Shown: positions 49,599-58,512 of the stretch, in pieces
How the letters are laid out: each line of letters starts with the position of its first letter
Numbering within the stretch: position 1 is the first letter of the stretch
NCBI GenBank assembly: GCA_002256025.1
Contig: NKIB01013392.1
Coordinates: forward strand, 1-58,512
Direction of reading: 5' to 3'
Length of the DNA: 58,512 bases
Source: Asterionella formosa
Lineage: Eukaryota
Notes under the pieces: model-generated
Told to the model about the DNA's origin: nothing
Database searches by the model: none
Seen by the model: only the letters and a program-made list of their open reading frames with translations
Made by a program: the position numbers and the translations under genes

Positions 49599-49636
49599 TA
49601 CCAGGTACCCGGTACCTGGTACCTGGTACCTGGTAC
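49599..49636. repeat. (TACCNGG)5 heptamer tandem
   Basis: TACCAGG TACCCGG TACCTGG TACCTGG TACCTGG TAC. Confidence 0.9.
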
Positions 49637-50703
49637 ATATACTAACTATAGACCATACAGCATGTTATAACTGGCGCTACATACCTACCAGTGTGTGCTT
49701 TTACGTCGTAATTACTTCATACACACTACCTTGTACCTGCTCCCTCTGAAATTAGATCTGTCGTATTGTGTTAGGGTTACATTTTGTTTGAGAGTGCCGG
49801 TACGGTACGACCCGCTATAGCTACGGTACATGATCATACGCACACCGGTACCGGTACATCGATATGATACTTCTATGTAAAATGAGGTACTAACCAGTGC
49901 GTGTGTTTTTGGAGCGAACAAATTGATTCACCGGCATATACCGGTATACCGGTTTATGTATTGTGAATACATCCATACATCTGCTGGTGGTAAATATTTC
50001 CGGCAGCTACCAGTACCACGCCACCTCGTGTAAAAAGTCGGAATATCATATCATACCATACCTTCTGTAGAAAAACGCAACGCCAACACGAGCCCGCAAG
50101 TCCCTAAGTAATCATCCTACAAATATTTCGAAAGTCCCACCTTATATAGGCAGACCATAGTGCCTACTTTAGGCGTAGTAAACATATGAATAAGCATGTG
50201 ATGCACTTTTTAAGACCTAACAAAAAGCCTAAATCACGGAATCAGCAATGCACTAAATAGGGAAACTCGTACAGCTTTTGCGATAACAACGTCAAGTTAT
50301 TGATGAGCATCCCATCATGTATGAAAAGGCAGAGTTTAAGATAGAGACATTGACGAAGAAGGGGGTGGAAAGTTCTCCTACAATTGTATCTATCAAGCAT
50401 GGTGAAACAGACTAAGGGTCTTGGACAGTTTTCAAATTGTTCATCACATACTTTAAAAAACATAAAAAAATATATGCATTAAAGGAACTGGATCATAAAA
50501 ATACCTTCTTGGATAGTTGAGGTAAAACCTGCTGCTGGGCTGCTAGCAAACCAGCCTAGTCACACAAGATTTGTAAACACATTTTCATGAATGTGATACA
50601 CCAAGATGTCACATCAAACATAATGATAGCACACTGTCCCTGAATTTAATATCCATTCTTACAAAGGAAACTAATCTTTTCCCGTTCAGCTGTGTCCCAA
50701 ACA

Positions 50704-50912
50704 GCCAGGGGAATGGCTTAACTGGTGGTTAGCCCACTTTATGAGGGGTTGGATTCGATTCCTGCATTCTCCACCTGTCATTCTCCCTAGGGTTCCGGGG
50801 GGTGAAGCTGATGAAGAGACAGGCCCCATTGCACTTTATCCATTCAAGTGGTGGGCATGAGTGCGATTATTGAATAGCTTTAATGTACTATAAAATTTAA
50901 TTGACATTTTTG
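50704..50912 (+). mobile_element. tRNA-derived SINE, copy 1
   Basis: Degenerate box A (TGGCTTAACTGG) and box B (GATTCGATTCC), shared body and AT-rich tail. 20-bp TSD GTTCAGCTGTG(T/C)CCCAAACA at 50684-50703 and 50913-50932. Confidence 0.82.
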
Positions 50913-51263
50913 GTTCAGCTGTGCCCCAAACATTGAATTTAATCGAGCCATGATTGGTATGAAAGATCAAATGATAGATTTTAAGTCCCAAAGTTGCAAG
51001 TAAAATCTTTCGAATTCCCCCATAAAATGATGCTTGACAAATGTTATCTTCACCACTCCTCCGTCTCCTATGAGGATAATCTTGAACTTGGGTCTGTGGA
51101 AGAAGTATATGGAGGAGGAAGCAGGTTACAAGAAGGGGACTGGTGGGTGCAATAGGTAGTCCTGTTTTCTTTCTAGTTTAATTGCAACAAGATACAAAGT
51201 GTTTGATACCACGACCTTACCATGCTAATATTTGTGTCTATGCAGGAAGTGCTGATCGTAGTT

Positions 51264-51821
51264 CTAGAAACAAACACTTTTGGGAGTACTGGTGGTTGCT
51301 ACATAACGGAAATGTTTGTGTTGTAGCTCTCCATATTGACGCAACCTAAATGAACCAGGTCAAGCATGGAAACCTCCGCACTGATCAAGCATTGGTTAGG
51401 AGTGGTGTGAATGAAATATGAGCACCGGTAGCTGGCATACATACCATCTACTGAATCTACGTGGCGGGGGGTGGTTTAGTGGTTAGCACACCTTCTGCGG
51501 TGGTAGGTTCGATTCCTGTCTTTTTCATGTAGTCCCCAGGGTCCCGGGGGTTGCGGCTGAAGAAAAGACAGGTCCGGTTGTACCATACAAATGATTAAAA
51601 GTGGTACTAATTGTGTCCATTTATTTGGGCCTAAGTGCGATTATTGGATATTTTAAAATGATACGACTATAAATCTACATGCCCTCTACAGCTCGTTGTT
51701 CATTCACATTCCCCGCCAGTGTGAGCTGCCATGCTTGACCTGGTTCATTTAGGTCGCGTTCATATGGAGAGCTACAAAACATACATTCCAGTTGTGTAGC
51801 ATCAAAAAGTGTTGTTTCTAG
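51264..51821. repeat. ~100-bp inverted repeat (arms 51264-51369 and 51729-51821) enclosing SINE copy 2
   Basis: GTAGCTCTCCATAT...ACCTAAATGAACCAGGTCAAGCATGG is the reverse complement of CCATGCTTGACCTGGTTCATTTAGGT...ATATGGAGAGCTAC. Confidence 0.85.
51464..51671 (+). mobile_element. tRNA-derived SINE, copy 2
   Basis: Box A TGGTTTAGTGG (51472-51482), box B GGTTCGATTCC (51506-51516). TSD AATCTAC(G/A)TG at 51454-51463 and 51672-51681. Confidence 0.85.
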
Positions 51822-52758
51822 CACATTAATCACCTTACTAAAAACCAAAAATGAAAGCATTTTCTGTGATAGGACTAAGCAGCACTCCAAATTATCAGTT
51901 TCTTGGAATAATCACCACAATGAAGACACTGTCTTCGTGGACAATGATAGGAAAGGATGACCAGTCATGATATTTGACACCTATTGCTTGACCTATGTCA
52001 GGGATATTAATAGAGAGTCTAAAGTTTACATATTAAACAATAGTTATACGTCCTCCTTCGAAGCACTATCAGCACTTTCTACTATATTAGGTATGGATGC
52101 ATCAGTGTGGTCCGCCCGAGTTAGAAATCATTCTTGCGCGTACTTTTTGTCCTGACCGTTTTTTAGATGGTGTCGGTTTAGGACACACAAGGGTACATTG
52201 TGAAGTGTCTAACTTGATGCTCTAGCTACAAGGCATATTTAAAATCATTTTCGTAGTCATTGACATCCCCTACCCATGTACCTTTGCTGATCCTACTTCA
52301 ACTCACCCTGCATGCTCCTCTCTTGCCTCTGGATTTCATCAGGTTTGCTGCTCTCACCTTTTTGGGCCTGCTGTCCTACATATTATTCCTGCTGGCAAAG
52401 ATCGTCTGCCAGACTTCTTATTTTAAATTAACGGAAATGGCCATACAAATGCCTGATGTCGCTACCTTCTGCATCGCCCAATACACTTCTTTGGCTCTCT
52501 TATTATGTAGCATTCAGCTGGCAACCCCTATAATTGATTCGTCTAATTCCCGGATTCTCGTATTTTAGTTTTCCGAAATTGACTCTGCAGTTTTCAAATT
52601 GCTTTCTATTTCATGACGACTTGCAGGAGGCCTCTGTGCTCTCTCTGTGTCTCCTATAATGCTATTCACATGACACCGCCATCATTGGCTCCTTGCCCTT
52701 GCTCAACATATCTACAGCTTTTTCCCTAGTCTGCAGCTCCTAAGAGTCCAATAATGGA

Positions 52759-52998
52759 GGGGAGTGGCTTAGTGGTTAGTAGCACACCCACTGTGGTGGC
52801 GGGTTTGATTCCTGCATTCTCCACCTGTCTTTTTCATGTAGTCCCTACGGTTCCAGGGGGTGCGGCTGGCTGACGAAAAGACAGGTCCCATTGTTTTGTA
52901 TGGACAAGTAAAACCGGTACTTATTGTGTCCATCTATTTTGTGGGCCCAAGTGCAATTATTGGATAGCTTTAATGTACTATAAATTTTAACTGGCATA
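52759..52998 (+). mobile_element. tRNA-derived SINE, copy 3
   Basis: Box A TGGCTTAGTGG, box B GGTTTGATTCC. 18-bp TSD TAAGAGTCC(A/C)A(T/C)AATGGA at 52741-52758 and 52999-53016. Confidence 0.85.
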
Positions 52999-53521
52999 TA
53001 AGAGTCCCACAATGGACTCTCCCTGACTCATCATTCCCATGTGGCCAATATCATGGACTATATTGTTGCTGCAACAAAAGAAACTCCATTGGATTTGAGT
53101 TTCAATGTAAGTGTACATTAAGCATTATTTGCCTAGTTACAAATTTAAGTTTGTGTGAAATAAGTCTGTTGAGTTCTCTTTACCATAATCATATCGAGTT
53201 CTGATTATGCAAGTTTAACAGTAACCACATAAATCTTGATGTATACAGGATCTCTTTATGAATAACAATATTTGCTTGATGCGACACATAGTTGGAATGA
53301 ACTTGTAACATAGTATAGGGACCGCCATTAAAAAAAGGATAAAATGTTGTTGGATTATCTGGTGGCAACACCAGTATTTATTTCATCACCAATATAGAGT
53401 GATAACAAAAATTAGCATCATGGCAAAGGCGTTCATCAAACTTAATCTTTCCTTGGCGGTGTAACAATTGTAAATCAGGGATCAAAGCAGGCAGGAATAA
53501 TCAATATTGTATAGTATCCAA

Positions 53522-53673
53522 TTGATATCACCCAAATCATTCCAGGATTAGCAAGACAAGAACCATTAGCAGCATCTTTATTAACCAATCAAGGAGATGT
53601 ACTTGATATCACTCAAATCATTCCAAGATCAGCAAGACAATCATAAGCAGCATATTCATTAACCAATCAAGGA
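53522..53673. repeat. ~80-bp tandem duplication
   Basis: TTGATATCAC(C/T)CAAATCATTCCA...AGCAAGACAA...AGCAGCAT...ATTAACCAATCAAGGA occurs twice. Confidence 0.8.
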
Positions 53674-53951
53674 AGCAATGAGATGCACTTAAAAGGATCT
53701 GAACTGTATAGCAGCACCATATTTTTTCTTACAGTAGTTAGATTTGAGCTGGTTGTTGTCAGAATCTTCCAATGGCATTCTCCATGTTTATTGTCCCTTG
53801 TCTTGGAGCATGTATGATTGGACATCCAGAACACCTGTCATTGTTGCATTGCCAAGCGAAATCATAAAAACTCCCATATAAAGAGTGCTTCATTCAATTT
53901 TCGATTTACACCCAACTTCCTTTTGATGTCGTCAGTATTGATGACTTCAAT

Positions 53952-54160
53952 CATTTTAAATTCATTAAATTAAATTTATAATAGAATTTTAAAGCTATCC
54001 AATAATTGTTCTTGTGCTAAACAACAAGTGGACACAATTTGTACCACTGTATTTGTCTTGTACGGGTTCCTTTCCATCAGCCACATGAAGATGCCAGGTG
54101 GAGAATCTGGGAATCAAACCTGCCACCTCAGAAGGTGTGCTTACCACTAAGTCATTCACC
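53952..54160 (-). mobile_element. tRNA-derived SINE, copy 4 (reverse strand, internally deleted or variant body)
   Basis: Reverse complement reads TGACTTAGTGGTAAGCACACCTTCTGAGGTGGCAGGTTTGATTCC...AATTATTGGATAGCTTTAA. Perfect 13-bp TSD TGATGACTTCAAT at 53939-53951 and 54161-54173. Confidence 0.85.
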
Positions 54161-54568
54161 TGATGACTTCAATTGTTTTATCATTGGATGCCTTGAGGAT
54201 ATCACCTGGTACTGTGGCATGATGGAATTGGGCCTCCACACCGTCGAGGGTCCATTGACTATGGCATGGCAGCTCCCAAGTCAGCCTCCACTCCATTGCA
54301 AACAAATTTCATTAATTCCATTGTTACATGGGTAAAACTAGTCTATCATCATAGTTTGTCGTAAAATCACAGCAGCAGTTGTACAAACGAATTGAAATCA
54401 TCGTGAGCGATTGGGATATCAACACATGATTATTTGTTACTTTATTTCCAGAATGATATAATTCCTCGCTCAAAGTAGATTCGTTCACTTGTTCCTTAAT
54501 ATATTCGATTAAAATATTCGTGTGTTCTTCGAAAAGTACATCATCATGGCCGCAAAAGTATTGTAAAG

Positions 54569-55459
54569 TTAGTTGGCACCAAAAAGGTCCATAAGGGGGA
54601 CAGATCCAGGGATGGATTCAAACGCAAACATGGAAGCCATGGCAATCATACCAGCCCGTCCGTTCTTCAACTCCACATCCTTGTAATGCGCAAGCTTTTC
54701 AGCAGATAGCTTCTTTGTGAATCCAAGAGGCTTCGTTGTGACGAAAGACACGACAATGCATATAAACGGGCACAATGGAGTCAGGTCAAATCAGGGTCGG
54801 GACAGAACGATGTATACAAGAAATTAGTAATTCTACTCACATCAAATCCCAAATTTCCTGCTTCCTTCGTGCTCATTCCTCTCCAGTCGTCACCACTGTG
54901 TCCAACCGACTCTCCTTCAGCGAGGGAGATGAAAAGAAGGACAGCGCCAAAAAGTGCGGGTTGTTCGGCCTGCACAACACCAAGAGCCGTGGTCCAGTCA
55001 CTCGCTTCAGGCATGCCAGGAATGTGCATGCCAAGTCCCATGCCGCCCTATTAACAAGAATGAAGCAAAAGAGAGTGAGCTTAACTAATACCTGCACTAT
55101 GCCATAAAAGGGGGAAGGGAGACTTCCATACATGACAGGAATAGTATCAGAGTTCAAACGGTATTCTGAATCTCTCTATACGCAAATCACAGGACTCTAC
55201 TCACAACATGGGTGGCCCAGATTCCAGTCCAGGCAAGCATCGACATGCGTCCATGCTTAATCTCCGATTCATTCAAGTACTGGTAGTCCGGGAACATGCC
55301 AGGGAAAGTATCGAAGGCTTCCCCTTGTCCAAGCTTTCCAAGGCTCATTGGATCCCAACTGGCAGAAAGAGCCGATTGGCGAGAGACGGAAGCGGCAGGG
55401 ACAAATGCCGATGCGCCGGCAGCAAGAGTCGCAGCGAGAGCAAGAGATAGCTTGGCCAT
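54569..55459 (-). CDS. Light-harvesting fucoxanthin-chlorophyll a/c binding protein (LHC; subfamily uncertain, possibly Lhcr-like), introns 55048-55204 and 54731-54840
   Basis: Signal peptide plus ASAFVP; ESEIKHGRMSMLA (helix 1); GNLGFDPLG across the splice junction; VELKNGRAGMIA (helix 3). Confidence 0.95.
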
Positions 55460-58400
55460 GGTGAGCGTCGACGTTGAGTGCAGAGTAGGGTAAGTCTAGT
55501 CAAGCGGAGGAGGAGGAGCGAGTGTATAGCGAGCTCTCTTTTCCTGATGTGTTGCAGAAATCATAAGTACTGAAAGATATGCAAGAATTTCTTCAATGCA
55601 TAAAGGACTCACCCGACCCCACAATTAATGCTACGTCATGCTCCCGTCTTGGTGACGTATTGATCAAAAGCCACATACCTACGATATCATACGTACTATA
55701 AATCCAACGTGTGGGCTGCTGGCTGCATAGCGATACCTAAATTAACGGTACCAGTACCTGGTACCAGGGTACCTTGTACGGTACAAGTACCCTGGCACCA
55801 TGCTGATCATGCCTGATTGATACTACGAACGTACCCGAAAACTAATCAACTCTCAGCGCAACCTTTTTTGGCCATACATGTTGTCGTGGTTTTATACTGC
55901 ACTGGTAGTTTAGTAGTCCGCTTACCGGCAATTTGCGGTAATTTTGCTACCGGTATACGAACAGTGTGATCCATATCTTAGTGCTACACACGTCATCATG
56001 CCAGCAATAGTGATTCCAATTCCAAATTGATTCATGTGAATCTCTTATGATTTTTCATTTCATTTAATAAACCACCCCACCACCTGGTTGTTTGGAATTA
56101 AATGTAACTTTAATCTGATTTAGCCTACAACAATTTTGAGACCTATCTTTTTACTTATTCTGCCAGTTGGTACCATGATAGCTAGGGTTTGCTTAATGTT
56201 TGACCGCTTTGCTTGAAGTATCGATTTCCCTTAATGTGTGATGTCATCATTTCAACCCAAATGCCAGCATCACAGCCAAATACCTACATAACACTGTAGT
56301 TAATAATACAGCATACCGGCGGTAAACAACAAGGTGAAGTAGTAAGGAATATATTGCCCATGAAACATGCGGCCGATATATCATACACCTTTTGATGGAT
56401 GCATGTACAGGGTACCGGAGGTAGCCCACATAGGCACTAGAATGTAATTATTTAGGGGGGGGGGGTGAACTAGTCATTCTGAACGGCTGGAGAGCGAATT
56501 CTGCATAATGTTGTCCCAGCCTTGACCATGACAAAGATAACAAATAACTTAACGAAAAATCAGAACGACGCTTTGCTATTTTCTACGTACAATCACGACA
56601 TCATCGACAATGCAATCAAAACAATTATGCTGATTACACTGATATTGACAACGAAAATTGAAGCACATTTTTTCATGTAAATCAGCGATGCATGTTTTTA
56701 AAATGACATGTTACGAGAAGCTTTGACACTTTTACAGTAGTTACACAACAAATAATACTACAACTACTACGTCGATAACATGAATAATTGGAGCAACAGA
56801 TGCTAAATAAGTTATTTATCTGCTGATAATTGATTGATTACGAATTGGCAATTTATATATTGGTAAAAGCTGACAAACGTGAAGTATGCTGTCAAAACTA
56901 TTAGTGATACCCTATATTAATGTTTGGCAGCCCCTTAATGCAGCAGCATACATGTGAGTGCATACAGGAGTGCAGAACACCATTATGAAATAATGCTACA
57001 CCTTGCGATCCACTTTTTTTACCAACACATTGTTGACATACAGGTAGACCAATGCAGGTAAATCTCTTTCCTTCTGTAGCGACACATACAGCCATGTACA
57101 TATGAATTCAGGACTGTGCACGCTTGTCTACAAAGTTTAAGCAAAATATTGCTTCAAATTGTCTTGCTTAAAGTTGAGTCCATCATTTGCTTAACACTAA
57201 ATAGTCTTTCAGTACTTTAACCCAAAATAAAACGATTTGGAAAGCAAAATGGCTGTTGATCCAGACTACAATAGTAGTAAGACACTATAAAGACGTTAGT
57301 TGTTCTTACACAGGAATGGGAGGTTGGGATTGGAGGGTAAAAGCCAGAAAGGCTATTTACAAGGGTTGAAAGGAGTAGAGTGAGTAGAGTGAAATTCATT
57401 TACTGCTGGTGCAAAATTCTGTGGGAGACAGTGGCAATGCTATTTCGTGCTGGCTGTACTCCTGCAAACACAGCAATAGACCGAATTTATGAGCCATATA
57501 GCCAAGACAAAATAGTGACATACAAACTCATGCATCTGATACAAGATTGTTGCACTGGCGGGCATTCACTACTGTGTGTTTAGATAATTTCATTTAAATA
57601 TTAAAATTGCAATCTCTTTAGTATATACATTGCTTGTTTACTAGTACCTCAATTGTTATTAACTATTTAATCTACTAGTAGTAGAATGGTTTGCATGTAA
57701 TATGCATATTACAAGAAAACTGGCTGGGGAGGTACGACAACAAGGGATTTCATTCCATGACAAAACTATTAGAGGTGATGGTATTACCCACTCTATACAA
57801 GGCAGTATATACAACGAGATTTGTCGAAGGTGCTAGTTACCAGAGCACTACATAGGTACGGCTAGATATGATAGCCAGCCTATATAAGTAGTATCATACA
57901 TCTCGAGTTTTGTCGAAAGTGCTACCGGTAGTCTACTTAACTATAGAACTGGTACCATTGCACCAAATAGTTACGACTCCATGTGTACCAGGTACCACTA
58001 GACTACCAAGTATCCAGTCGATACACGTACATATCGCGAGCTTTGTCGAAGGTGCTTTAGTAAAGTACCAGTGCAGTATAAAACCACGACAACATGTATG
58101 GCCAAAAAAGGTTGCGCTGATTTGAGAGTTGATTTATTTTCGGGTACGTTCGTAGCAGAATACTCCTACTTACGAGGTATTAACGGTACTTGCGTCCTGC
58201 CTTTGTGTGAACTCCTTGAGCAATTCCCGCTCCAGCTATCGTCTTGCCATTTGGGTACTTCTAAGTAATTTTTAGGCTCCAAGTAATTTCTTAAGTAATT
58301 TTTATTTAAGGGCAATATGGGGCACATCGAATTTTTCGGCAATAAAATTGCCGATTTTAGCATGACAACCAGAATATCGGTAATATGCATAGAGATGGTA

Positions 58401-58512
58401 CAACAAGCGTCAAACACACGAGAATGATTGTAACATGCAACATCAATGAAAATTGAACATGATGTTTGGAGCAACCAAAGTATGAAATGCGATGTAATAA
58501 GTAGCATCAAAT

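Noticed and set aside
51466..51530. tRNA genes at the SINE heads (also ~50708, ~52760, ~54155)
   Set aside because: The box A-B spacing is too short, no acceptor stem or full cloverleaf forms, and homology extends ~150 bp downstream with TSDs.
52868..52920. Hammerhead or HDV-like ribozyme suggested by CTGANGA
   Set aside because: No stem II followed by GAAA, and no nested double pseudoknot could be built by eye. Kept only as a hairpin observation.
56880..57560. Cys-rich minus-strand fragments reminiscent of a piggyBac C-terminal domain
   Set aside because: The motif is spread over several frames, and no TTAA-flanked TIR pair or DDD core was located.

Overview
Eukaryotic nuclear DNA, almost certainly a diatom: short GT-AG introns, bipartite ASAF-type plastid presequences, a fucoxanthin-chlorophyll (LHC) gene, a Lys/Gly/Ser/Tyr-rich silaffin/cingulin-like ORF and a CoDi-type Ty1/copia element. 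Apparently intact host genes: dynamin-related GTPase, PsbP-domain lumen protein, PAP2 phosphatase, organellar IF3, CEBPZ/Mak21, ATG22/UMF1-like MFS transporter, an acidic protein with an LLTPPxS motif, acyl-CoA delta-9 desaturase, CSE1/exportin-2, V-ATPase subunit a and an LHC protein. They are interleaved with decayed mobile DNA whose ends can be read from the sequence: a copia element with a 5-bp TSD that splits a host pseudogene and carries a MITE in one LTR, a TA-flanked two-gene Harbinger/ISL2EU-like element, a TGA-flanked Harbinger with nested insertions, and an 88-bp MITE family. The most notable unannotated signals are (i) four copies of a tRNA-headed SINE family, each with its own TSD and three with a conserved hairpin body, and (ii) dense clusters of a palindromic TACC(N)GGTA/GGTACC motif, mostly upstream of host genes. 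All protein family calls are from motif recognition by eye, not database searches.
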